Under the pieces are notes generated by a model. The model saw only the letters and a list, made by a program, of their open reading frames with translations, was not told where the DNA came from and searched no databases. Source: Clostridiales bacterium Firm_09 (GTDB taxonomy: Bacteria > Bacillota > Clostridia > Christensenellales > DTU072). From it: a DNA stretch of 64,000 nt. The stretch's first letter is position 1. Each line of letters starts with the position of its first letter. Both the position numbers and the translations under genes were made by a program. The DNA lies in contig LVAO01000012.1 of NCBI GenBank assembly GCA_001604065.1, forward strand, positions 45,571-109,570. The letters are read 5' to 3'. Shown piece by piece: positions 54,801 through 61,208 of this stretch.

Positions 54801-57126
54801 AGCTCCCGATGACTACGCTGCCGTAATCCTGCATTACGCCGTTTATGTATGTCGGTTCGACAGAATAGCGCACGGGTTCATAGTATACGGTATTGAAGCT
54901 TAGGCCGGTAATCATTGTTGTGCCTTCGTATGCCTCAATATAGTCTTCCAGTCCTTGGGATCTCCCGTTAAAAACGAATTCTGTGGAGGTGGTCGTGATG
55001 TTCAGGGATTTCCTGAAATAGAAGAATACCGCTCTTACACCATCCATATATTCTTTTGTCAGCTTGAACGTAATATCGATATAATCCGGCCTGCCTGTCG
55101 ATCCGGGATTGAATACAATGCCTTCATTATTGGATTCATTGATGCCCGCTTCATCGCTTCGATAGCGAATCAATTTATATGCCGCGGCCTGCGCCGAGGT
55201 AACGGAAATACGTATCGTCAGCCATTGATCCATCTTGAACTTCATGTTTACTTCTTTATCGGAACCGTAACCGTATGACGTGACACCCAAAAATGTTCCG
55301 TCCGCAGTATGATAAGTCGGTCCCCAGAAGCACTCCCGGTAGGCAGCTTTGGTATGGTTTGCACCCAGAAGTTCGTTGGCATGGCCTTCATCGCCGCTGC
55401 CGATCAAAAAGCTGGTGGTAATATTGTAATAGGTGGAGTCCACTTTGACAGGGTTGCCGTCGGCGGTGTAATAGATTTTGGGCACGCTGACATTTCCTGC
55501 GGCATCTATGCGGAACAGCACCAGCGCCTGCTCCTGTTTGTTTCTGAACGTGATCGGCCTGGTTTTCTGCGTATACCGTCCGGGACTGATTTGATTGTAA
55601 TAAATCAATTCCTGCCGCACATCGCTCTGTTTTGGTTCGTTGTTGCGATTGTTATACGATATGCTTGTGTAAAGAAGAGGAGTAAAATCATAGTCCGAAT
55701 AATCTATGGTGAGAAGCATTGGGTCTTCGCAGACAAACGCGTATACGTATTCTCTTGATTGAACGGGCACGGTGGATGCGATATAGCTCAGCAATACGGA
55801 ATCGCTGTCGATGAACCAGTTTCCGTTTGCAATGGCCGTTCCCAGCACAGAATCAGGATCGATTTCGGGCGCGGACGGCGCTCTGCCGTCAACGTTGATG
55901 CGCAGCGGGTCCTGACTGATTGAGGCCGTTCCGCGCACGCAGGATGGCCCGTCTTTATCGTAAGTGACCAAAAGCTGCGGCACAATAACAAGCTGGTAAA
56001 TATTTCTGACGCCGGAGTCCACTTGAAACGATATCTGATAATATGTCACAGGCTGCGAATTTTCTATCACTGTCGTATATCCGCTTTCTTCTGCAAGGAT
56101 GGAAAGAAATTTCAGGTCCAGATTATCTTCCGGATCGCCCGTCACGACATTAAGGCTTGTGGAATACTGCTGCCAATATACACCATAGCGGGAATCATTG
56201 CCGAAAACCTTGGTGTATATCGCAGGAAGCTGATAGCAGGTGGTTGTATCGCCGTCCCGGAAGACCTTGGTGCGCAGCGTGATCTTGTCTCCTGTCTTCA
56301 CATAGGTATCGGCAAGCTGGTTGATATAATCGGGCGTATTTTTATTGAATGTATCCAGAGCGACATCTCTTTTGTTGGAGCCCGAAATTTCAAAAACAGA
56401 ACTGGTGCGGAAGGTAATCGCATCCGTAAGGCTGGTGGCTGTTTCGATCACGATGTTGGAAAGGCGTATCCAGGTCCCCGTACCGTTGATTTGAATGTTT
56501 ATTTTGAAATAAGCGTTTGCATTGAGTCCCGTACTGCCCAATGCGTTATCAAACGACATTTCGACGGGATAGTTGGTCATATCCAATGTCGCGCTTATTA
56601 CTTTTGTTTGTTCTGTGGTGCCGTTTGCCGACCATGCAAACGTAATCACGACAGGAACATTCGGGCCTGAAATAACACTGATATTGAAATTGAGCGTCGC
56701 GGTTGTGACGAAGTCTCCGGTGAGACCTCCGAGCATCGCATTATAGAAGTTGTTATCGTTGTAGTTGGAGCTGAATTTTATGATGGAACGGATGCTGTCG
56801 CCGCTGGCATTGGGCAGATATTCCAACTCTGTTCTGCTTGCCCTGTAGCGGCCGCCCGTCGTGTTGGTGGAAAAAAGATCCGCGCCGTCAAACTGTCCGA
56901 CATGTTCGGAAATATCGCCGCTGTCCTGCGCCTGTGTCCGGACGGAATTGGAGCCGAGAACAACGCCCATCCCCGAGCTCAATGTCGTTCCGTTGATGCC
57001 TGCCGCACCGGCCGGCAGCTCAGACGCTTTCTGCCCGAACGTAATAAAAGCAAACGTGCCGATCATCAGACATACCGCAATCAGAATCAGTGAGGATACG
57101 GTCAGGCGGGAAACCCTTTTTTTCAT
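45886..57126 (-). CDS. Giant (3,746 aa) repeat-rich surface protein with N-terminal signal, jelly-roll-like tip, dozens of Ig/MBG-like modules and a C-terminal TM anchor
   Basis: A single uninterrupted ORF. The signal is MKKRVSRLTVSSLILIAVCLMIGTFAFITF. The motif (A/V)G(T/S/E)Y.(V/I)...(I/V).D.NY.G recurs at least 14 times. A YDGT module is present (VVNKPYDGTDIIAVSG). The C-terminus is WIIVVGGGILMIIIGAFFLFAFA followed by PVRRRKRIP and a basic tail. Confidence 0.88.
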   Translation of the reverse strand: MKKRVSRLTVSSLILIAVCLMIGTFAFITFGQKASELPAGAAGINGTTLSSGMGVVLGSNSVRTQAQDSGDISEHVGQFDGADLFSTNTTGGRYRASRTELEYLPNASGDSIRSIIKFSSNYNDNNFYNAMLGGLTGDFVTTATLNFNISVISGPNVPVVITFAWSANGTTEQTKVISATLDMTNYPVEMSFDNALGSTGLNANAYFKINIQINGTGTWIRLSNIVIETATSLTDAITFRTSSVFEISGSNKRDVALDTFNKNTPDYINQLADTYVKTGDKITLRTKVFRDGDTTTCYQLPAIYTKVFGNDSRYGVYWQQYSTSLNVVTGDPEDNLDLKFLSILAEESGYTTVIENSQPVTYYQISFQVDSGVRNIYQLVIVPQLLVTYDKDGPSCVRGTASISQDPLRINVDGRAPSAPEIDPDSVLGTAIANGNWFIDSDSVLLSYIASTVPVQSREYVYAFVCEDPMLLTIDYSDYDFTPLLYTSISYNNRNNEPKQSDVRQELIYYNQISPGRYTQKTRPITFRNKQEQALVLFRIDAAGNVSVPKIYYTADGNPVKVDSTYYNITTSFLIGSGDEGHANELLGANHTKAAYRECFWGPTYHTADGTFLGVTSYGYGSDKEVNMKFKMDQWLTIRISVTSAQAAAYKLIRYRSDEAGINESNNEGIVFNPGSTGRPDYIDITFKLTKEYMDGVRAVFFYFRKSLNITTTSTEFVFNGRSQGLEDYIEAYEGTTMITGLSFNTVYYEPVRYSVEPTYINGVMQDYGSVVIGSYRYNYTGLLSLNNTIIIAGQGSYHILQMTQYVVNGQTIYQTTMYKEGSGLNNGLVDVGEYYYTITIDVTTTTLYFGTKSGYYKIIKANPQVTGLYSPGIVYGESLDDLSFISQNASGADIINAKFNIKGVDYFETKSGVLGTYEIIYPAHNSLDYMLPNVSSNMRVEVRFNPIALTDTAVFTQQVIHENFLTVNGNPGPLHDYYDYVNGVYVLKKGMYHSGNFDSTTHTIYITVMNAEADLEIEGINAENTLVLDYTGTYKDIVFITRVNQTVIEGLPVRYYYNPYVGGYIDEGTVYNNIMNAGEYRITYYIDASACNYMSSKILFSKVIIEKRELELTPVNYNSIPPETYAQQQFDKYYTIKYGKTNAQLLPKPTANIPGGGTLNVAYVYSYMQVKYYNGDIVPESAAVYSQDYTAAMFPKDLEVGTYALRIRVNDANNEGTVFVLLVIQKALITDISQPTPRLNSEYAVYNKDGSLQSYLGDSTQGHIEYGQTIEDRKANLLSGVSDTATYVLAGVSTTIYGRFLFETESEICARYNVLYASDPSGQVILHEDYLGRYILPVRYDAYDNRVVSSYSIRLFWQAGEWHDGVFVPNINFDLMEYSVSLVVARATADLSRMSFTPIIYGTPFGAGHTLIGKPVAPATGYPEEGYPDRGMANGTYTIRYDASYASVIFSKGIHEIPCTFTPVDVNNYRPLTNIRIPLTVNAMQAYVELGSGISRELTYGNLYTVPECRIYYMNGDQKVYLQGDIRNMLEYVYTRNGQTVNISSNLGMTTYVSAMPASDYVLTVNITSNDYMGNGVFDNFVIHRGTLSILSNPTQEVVEYGVLIADIDFYNGQVQNPYTRTAYSGVFRLVPQAGDETYKPHADIPGQPVRRDLQFYPTDSTLYDYYNVYYLTWEYKINKNTKDVSIVPVPETLSTVYNGSERPVDYNITYPGNENIKQYSTVTYTSLDGQIVYPKAPSEAGSYRVTIRVLDNFPNYSGSLTTTLVIAKQTIDIAFAERYYFYNGESQGFGSLNFDGYAGDSGPIKYTIQYYRYTGVSMYDQVPSDVGRYIAKITITENNYQGTANINYYIIPSSITITNWNYVYDDAQKQIGIQVVPSGVSYSVRYRSEQRDDENNLIGLFSETRPKDAGRYQVRIIINENGYYKEIDVFSAVQDGINLTDPAVNLTIMQSYQGEYEDKVAEVPLTPNFPLFMRISKAYAVMTIPSGSQNRSVVYNGSGFAIVPVFSPSYLTAVYKYTPCEFTISDGQVVPTLVGGAPVPKTDVSDVVFDSYNRPVSVGFYVLTITLNDNDYQLGDYVKPTLRINPATLIIDTMPAVAGNVVYRQTEPVAFVPGTGQVRFAASGTTVSGIWQIVSDISSLKVGTYGNVTVRFIPMKNGKADINYIQPTGTITLTISKKDIGQYLYFTDNGVLLSWANGVEIHKAFTQQQISCTAWLDAQAAGIESSYNNGRALTIRIKYNGTYTLPTNVGTYAIVAELSDANYQGQSLAGTLIIDRAKPAIKAPSASPIPVGSALSESRLTSGLAYIAGSENENQLRSIAGTFSFRDPDLVMDKANYHKVWVVFTPSSLSTYDIALFQIEVRVLGIDVSVAGVSATSIYYGQPLSQSILTYTTSTVPGQIRWTDSTQIVDVGAKASYMFIPDNTDVYNIIYDGSVNIDIRTAEMSYNPDTLLIKGYVGETLGSAVNNIHIDLWHSLYPSLKVQGATYAIEDIADLNQIILNSKETYSCKLVVSHPNYEPLEILTQIRTYVYLGSENFYVANQSKKYDAEPVTLENLDIRLVGTEEQLDLSVFRMIIYKNGIQVSEMRDPGTYQVEILVFDDVQDEETSMTYDGRCLFDYVIEKKEFDGGLSEDSNLIHITGNNTVYGQTAGDLNVYYQYKKYFFGIARAGKVYDGAPLTAEYLGIGFIDTEDLPAYEITKIQRYNTSTSLYETVLSATMPGTYRLTISLVQNAAMGISDAPGASVVIPFTIYSSSPQGGIASDPAIYKIALYYPADESEIKLTYYSADKYIDYGQSAPVAAGSYIVRATFLSTHPFNQGGQEFPYTVTAMQIYVSLEAAYSFEFGEAIVINPMFTISPGSGNAMSNIGYIIRYYANTGTGWRMLDDTPVNAGSYKAQIILTGTNYVLAEGQGEVRMDITQLKVNITAVPVVSNLIYGQELYNAVISGGAAVLDLDGSDVQGQFFFKEPQKNDLPAGDRSVTLVFVPTNPNYAEAEISGVSIKILKAAASIESIQLTLPYNGLEQQPVIRTNPVSNLAVTYSYYQYINGLRQGVNKPKSAGTYEVVMKISDGNYEGSSTVSFTITKAVITDNDVVAPTVGALTYGQSLSYGAFVGGRAINPANNTEIAGSFRFTYTGLTLLGASVEMGGVSDNSNPYQFVPYVSPDGQISSILGTYYSMPYRFVPTDTANYEIYESTIEVVLMKASATITVYDSLSMKYGNVTSFVYGDTLPELTFRTSPLGLVVSNAQYMSSEGIFNKTPSAGTYMYTARINDANYTGELVYNVSINKRKAQIEFYDEDSQATTWYSYTYAATKAARARLLTASILPQDLQRISVIEAGLSYRYIKRDSSSSTVWRTLPENVGEYTVYAVLENEDYYIDSAAVRPNYDITKARVEYLDFDASTLINLVYGKVKVPTVVTRPANIAYTISFPGYESMPTTAGTHRIKVVVNDENFYPAEKTSMFYIYKKDITIDNIQVVNKPYDGTDIIAVSGTLTGLIVGDEVRLAMTARTKNGETEPGVYGVEILTWEISGLHASNYNVIPPVFNGTVKINQKVITDPKTSSYISCDEGFSSNVTVSFEKVYSAQNKSNFFSSLFGQTAIVQTISIKELGADVVLDKKVKFHVLIPEKYRNSPTLEVKPLGDLSQENIQFIREGDYMTFYADRSGEIIFYTNDFPYWIIVVGGGILMIIIGAFFLFAFAPVRRRKRIPGMARYIYGANQYAEAKAASRAARMAAVARRGRILR
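46400..54700 (-). repeat. Coding region of divergent tandem ~90-110-aa Ig/MBG-like modules
   Basis: Examples: VGEYYYTITIDV (nt ~54600), EAGSYRVTIRVLDNFPNYSG, NVGTYAIVAELSDANYQG, SAGTYEVVMKISDGNYEG, SAGTYMYTARINDANYTG, TAGTHRIKVVVNDENF, PGVYGVEILTWEISG (nt ~46550). The modules are often bounded by I.K(A/K)...I. Confidence 0.65.
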
Positions 57127-57234
57127 AACGTGAGAACCTCCGATAAGCTATTAATATAATACACGATAGTATCCGGGACGTTGCCATACGTAACGCGCCC
57201 GCGGAGCATATTAATATTAATACAGTACAGTCTT

Positions 57235-57263
57235 ATTCTATTATATATAAGGCATCCCGTCAA
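57235..57263 (-). promoter_or_regulatory. Candidate promoter of the giant-protein cassette
   Basis: On the minus strand: TTGACG (57263-57258), 17 nt, TAGAAT (57240-57235). This predicts a ~100-nt 5' UTR. Confidence 0.4.
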
Positions 57264-57374
57264 CCCGCAGAAAGCAATATTTACTTTAATATTTCCCCGC
57301 GCCCGTCCGTTGGCACGCTTTGTACGCATAAACAGAGAAATATTTTTGTCCGTTCTTGAATAGTATATTATGCA

Positions 57375-58259
57375 ATGGATTATTCGCCATATTATTGCAG
57401 AAATTTCTATAAAGACCGGCGCAAGAAGACGGAAGAAAACAGGATCCAATCTCCGGCGATTCAGAACTGCTCCGCTTTTCCTCCGACGGAATCTCCGGAA
57501 ACGCCCGGCTGCGACCCGGCCCGGAAAGCAGCCGTCTGCTGCGGCAGACCCTTCCGCAGCCGGCGCAAAGGGAAAGTATTCTTTTCGTTTCTCTTGATAA
57601 TCCTTTGTTTCGGCATCGTTTTTTTATCGGCGGACATGTTCAGCGGCGGCGCCGTAATGGATTCGCTGAGAGCCACGTTCGGCTCCGGCAATCTTGAAAC
57701 ACATTATTTTGTCGCACAGGGAATTTATTCACAAAAAGCCAAAGCCGAATCCGAAGCGGCCGTTGTGCGTGAAACCGGAGGAGCAGGTTATCTGTACAAC
57801 ACGGGCAGCGGCTACTATGTCATTCTGTATTCTTTTAATGACAGAAAAGCTGCCGAAGCCGCGATAGGGACAGGCAGCAAACTGGAAATCATAGAAATCA
57901 ATCTCCGAGAGCCGGAAGAAACGGGATTGAGCGACACCCAAAAAAAATTGTGCGACGAAACACTCAGAATGGTATGCGATGATATAAAAAGCTTGTACGG
58001 CATTATCTCCTCGCTCTCGACAGGCGCAATCAGCAGGCAGACCGCGCTCAAATCCCTTACGGAGATGCGCAATACTCTTCTGTATAAAAAACAAGAACTT
58101 CTGGACGGCGGAATCTGCCTGGACAACGCCTATCTCGCTTTGCTGGAGCCGTTGTTCGGAGGGCTGGATGCCATCGTCAGCAACGAACCTGAAAAATATT
58201 TTCTGGAGGCTGTGCGCTATGTCCAGATAGGGGCAATCCTGGCATTCCCGCGAGAATAA
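57375..58259 (+). CDS. Membrane protein with SPOR-like peptidoglycan-binding domain
   Basis: 294 aa. A basic, Cys-containing N-terminal tail is followed by TM FFSFLLIILCFGIVFLSADMF. The stretch YFVAQGIYSQKAKAESEAAVVRETGGAGYLYNTGSGYYVILYSFNDRKAAEAA has a SPOR-like pattern. The start codon is uncertain. Confidence 0.55.
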   Translation: MDYSPYYCRNFYKDRRKKTEENRIQSPAIQNCSAFPPTESPETPGCDPARKAAVCCGRPFRSRRKGKVFFSFLLIILCFGIVFLSADMFSGGAVMDSLRATFGSGNLETHYFVAQGIYSQKAKAESEAAVVRETGGAGYLYNTGSGYYVILYSFNDRKAAEAAIGTGSKLEIIEINLREPEETGLSDTQKKLCDETLRMVCDDIKSLYGIISSLSTGAISRQTALKSLTEMRNTLLYKKQELLDGGICLDNAYLALLEPLFGGLDAIVSNEPEKYFLEAVRYVQIGAILAFPRE

Positions 58260-58303
58260 GACCGTCGTTGCACGAAATCCGCCATGCCGCACCGGTTGTC
58301 CCA

Positions 58304-58786
58304 TCAAATGTCTTTCGAACCGGGGGTGTCCTTTTCCAGATCCTTGTACTTCACCACTTCGACGCCCGCTTCCGAAAACATTTCCATAGAAAAGGCATCC
58401 GGATAGCCCTCGTCGAAAATCACTTTTTTTATGCCGCTGTTTATGATCATTTTTGCACAGATGCTGCACGGCTGATGGGTGCAATACATTACCGCGCCGT
58501 CAACAGAAACACCGATTTTTGCCGCTTGAATAATCGCATTCTGCTCCGCATGCACGGCGTAGCAAATCTCCTGGCAGGTGCCCGATGCGATTCCTTTCTG
58601 CACGCGGATGCAAACGCCACGCTCCTTGCAGCTTTTTATGCCCGCACCCGCGCCGTTATAGCCCGTCGTAATGATGCGTTTATCCCGCACAATCACAGCG
58701 CCCACCTGTCTGTTTTCTTTAAAGCAGGACGACCATGTGCTGACCAGCTTTGCCATTTCCATAAAACGTTTGTCCCATTTGTTCAT
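58304..58786 (-). CDS. comEB: dCMP deaminase (ComEB family)
   Basis: The ORF track gives 58304..58822. ATG 58786 (MNKWDKRFMEMAK) follows GGAG. Zinc motifs HAEQNAI and PCSICAKMI are present. Confidence 0.88.
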   Translation of the reverse strand: MNKWDKRFMEMAKLVSTWSSCFKENRQVGAVIVRDKRIITTGYNGAGAGIKSCKERGVCIRVQKGIASGTCQEICYAVHAEQNAIIQAAKIGVSVDGAVMYCTHQPCSICAKMIINSGIKKVIFDEGYPDAFSMEMFSEAGVEVVKYKDLEKDTPGSKDI

Positions 58787-58940
58787 GCAGGTATCTCCGG
58801 TAAAAAGATTTTCATAAATCATAACACAACTCCGCCGGGATTACAACCCTATCCGAAGCAGCCTTTCGAAAAACCGATGGACAAATCACAAAACGGATAA
58901 AAACTGTGTTACTTCTTCCGTATGCAAAATATATTGTTAT

Positions 58941-59903
58941 GTGAAGAAAAAAATCAGAAACTTCATTATACTCTTTGTAGCCTTCTTCCTGATGATGCTG
59001 GTGTTTTTCCCGGGACGCTATATGACGGCGATCAGCGACGGATTGCTTCTTTTTGTGCTTACCGTTCTGCCTGCCATGCTCCCGTTTTTCTTCTTCTCGC
59101 GCCTGCTCACTTCTCTCGATGTCGCCGCCACGCTCTCGGACGCACTCGAAAAACCGATAAGAAAACTCTTCAACGCACCCGGAGTCGGCGGATATATTTT
59201 GACAATGTCTATGCTGTCCGGGTATCCGATTGGAGCGAAATTGGTATCCGATTGTGTCGAAAACGGCATTTGTTCTTCCGACGAAGCCAAACGGCTCGTC
59301 GCGTTTACCTCCACCTCGGGTCCTCTGTTTATTCTGGGTACAGTCGGCATCAATATGCTTGGGAATTATAAAGCAGGCGTCATTATCCTTTTATGCCATT
59401 ACATCGGTGCACTGATCAATGGATTAATCTTCCGCGGCAAAACAGAGCCGAAAAAAGAAAACGCAAAGCTTCCGCCCGTCCGGACGGACAACATTCTTTC
59501 GGAGGCCATCAACAGCAGTATTGCTGCAGTGCTTGCTGTGGGGGGCTATATCGCCATATTCAATATGATCATCATGATTGTTCAGGATATCCGGGTCCTT
59601 TCCTTTGTCGCCGATACGCTCAGCCGATTGGGGCTTTCCTATTCTCTTTGTCAAGGCACGCTGACAGGGTTGATAGAAATCACCCGGGGCTCCTATGTCC
59701 TCGCGGCCTCCGGACAGGGACTGCGGAAGACCGTTCCCGTTCTTGCGGGCATTATTTCTTTCGGGGGATTGTCGGTAACTGTTCAATCTATGACTTTTCT
59801 TTCTAATGCGGGCATAAAACCGGGATATTATCTTATCACCAAGCTTTCTCAGGCAATCGTCACCTATGCCATCGCTTGCGGAGCAAGCTGGATTTTCTTC
59901 TGA
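58941..59903 (+). CDS. ylbJ: Sporulation integral membrane protein YlbJ-like (nucleoside-recognition Gate domains)
   Basis: 320 aa with a GTG start. The sequence is polytopic and carries the family-typical LTVLPAMLPFFFFSRLL and ITRG motifs. Confidence 0.75.
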   Translation: MKKKIRNFIILFVAFFLMMLVFFPGRYMTAISDGLLLFVLTVLPAMLPFFFFSRLLTSLDVAATLSDALEKPIRKLFNAPGVGGYILTMSMLSGYPIGAKLVSDCVENGICSSDEAKRLVAFTSTSGPLFILGTVGINMLGNYKAGVIILLCHYIGALINGLIFRGKTEPKKENAKLPPVRTDNILSEAINSSIAAVLAVGGYIAIFNMIIMIVQDIRVLSFVADTLSRLGLSYSLCQGTLTGLIEITRGSYVLAASGQGLRKTVPVLAGIISFGGLSVTVQSMTFLSNAGIKPGYYLITKLSQAIVTYAIACGASWIFF

Positions 59904-60004
59904 ATGATTGCCGTGCAAAAACAGGCAATACCGTGACGGACGCTTCTTATGTTTTTTTATGCTCACCGCCACAAACAACGGCTTCTGGAATCCTCGTCAT
60001 TCCA

Positions 60005-60247
60005 TCAGAGCATCGGATATAATTTCCCCATGGCTTCCACCTCATCTTCGCCTTGCACATCCAGGTAAATGGACTCATCCTTTTTGATATTGAGGCTGAT
60101 AAGGCCCATGACGCTCTTTGCATTGATTTTTTTGCCATTTTTGATGATATTGACGGAGCTGCGGAACTTTCCGGCTGCCTGTGCAAATACGGCGCAATCC
60201 TCAGCTTTCAGACCGTTCGCGCGGGTGATCTTCTTCAATTTCAGCAT
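60005..60247 (-). CDS. crh: HPr-like protein of the Crh type (Ser46 region present, His15 absent)
   Basis: The ORF track gives 60005..60271. ATG 60247 follows AGGAGGA. GLKAEDCA occupies the place of GIHARPA, so there is no His15 or Arg17. KSVMGLISL matches the Ser46 loop. It sits directly after whiA, as crh does in B. subtilis. Confidence 0.75.
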   Translation of the reverse strand: MLKLKKITRANGLKAEDCAVFAQAAGKFRSSVNIIKNGKKINAKSVMGLISLNIKKDESIYLDVQGEDEVEAMGKLYPML

Positions 60248-61199
60248 AATTTCCTCCTGTGTCCTTGGCAATTTCTATCAGTTTTCTCAACCTGTGATTG
60301 ATGCCGCTCTTGGATGTGGGATAGCGGAGCATCTTGGCAAGCTCCGTAAGCGTTGCGTCCGGATTGGCAAGACGCACTTCGGCGGTATCCCGGAGAACAT
60401 CGTCCAAAGCAGATAACAAACCGCTTTTCTTGATTGCTTCTATTGCGCTCACCTGCTTTGCGGATGCCGAGAGTGTCTTGTCTATATTGGCCACCTCACA
60501 GTTGTTTTTACGGTTGACATCGTTGCGAAGCGAACGGGATGCAAGAATATTCTGCAGAGCAAAATAGCCCTTTTTCGCATCGATTGTTATGCAAAAATCC
60601 GCAATCTTCTCACTGTTTTTCAAATATACGGAAAAATTATTCTTTTTTGTGCGCACACCCGGGACAATATCCATAGAGGACATCAGAGAGGCGACGGACC
60701 TTGCCGATTCTTCTGAGGACAGGGCGATATCCAGATAATAGCCTTTGGTATTGGCATTTTTGTCCGCCGATACGAGAAGCGAGCCTGCGGCACAAAAAAT
60801 TCCGCGCAAAAAGCTTTTTTTGCAGCAGAGGTTTGATAGTATATATTCCGGTACCGTTTCCTTTATCGTATAAGGGGGCTGCAAAATCCCGGTTTTGACC
60901 AGCAGCGGCGCAGCCGTTTCGCTCGGAAGCCGGAATTCATACACGATGCGTTGCCCGAGGGACAGCTCTTTATCCTTTTTTACAATATCCGCCTCGGCTT
61001 TTGTGAGCAACGCTGCCAATTCGACGCATCGCTCTATCAGTTCCTCCGAGGGGCTCTGGATAATCAACCCCAGTCCTCCGTGTTCAATGGGAAGACTTCC
61101 TCCGCCCAGAATCGCACCGGCGAGAAAGGCCCTGCGGCAGCACTCCTTTGCAGGTTTGACAGACAAAATATCTTCCTTAAGCGTATTGGTAATATTCAA
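60201..61199 (-). CDS. whiA: DNA-binding protein WhiA
   Basis: 332 aa with degenerate LAGLIDADG-like domains and a C-terminal HTH (LTELAKMLRYPTSKSGINHRLRKL). The acidic tail overlaps the crh start by 47 nt. Confidence 0.9.
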   Translation of the reverse strand: MNITNTLKEDILSVKPAKECCRRAFLAGAILGGGSLPIEHGGLGLIIQSPSEELIERCVELAALLTKAEADIVKKDKELSLGQRIVYEFRLPSETAAPLLVKTGILQPPYTIKETVPEYILSNLCCKKSFLRGIFCAAGSLLVSADKNANTKGYYLDIALSSEESARSVASLMSSMDIVPGVRTKKNNFSVYLKNSEKIADFCITIDAKKGYFALQNILASRSLRNDVNRKNNCEVANIDKTLSASAKQVSAIEAIKKSGLLSALDDVLRDTAEVRLANPDATLTELAKMLRYPTSKSGINHRLRKLIEIAKDTGGNYAEIEEDHPRERSES

Positions 61200-61208
61200 G
61201 ACTGTCTC

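Noticed and set aside
22221-57374. Classical genomic-island or prophage explanation for the accessory blocks.
   Set aside because: No integrase, transposase, tRNA target or flanking direct repeats are visible at any of the three block boundaries. Only synteny breaks support accessory status.
57729-58484. 251-aa minus-strand ORF overlapping the SPOR gene and comEB.
   Set aside because: It is out of frame with comEB and antisense to the SPOR gene. The composition is Arg/Phe/Gly-rich and it has no RBS.
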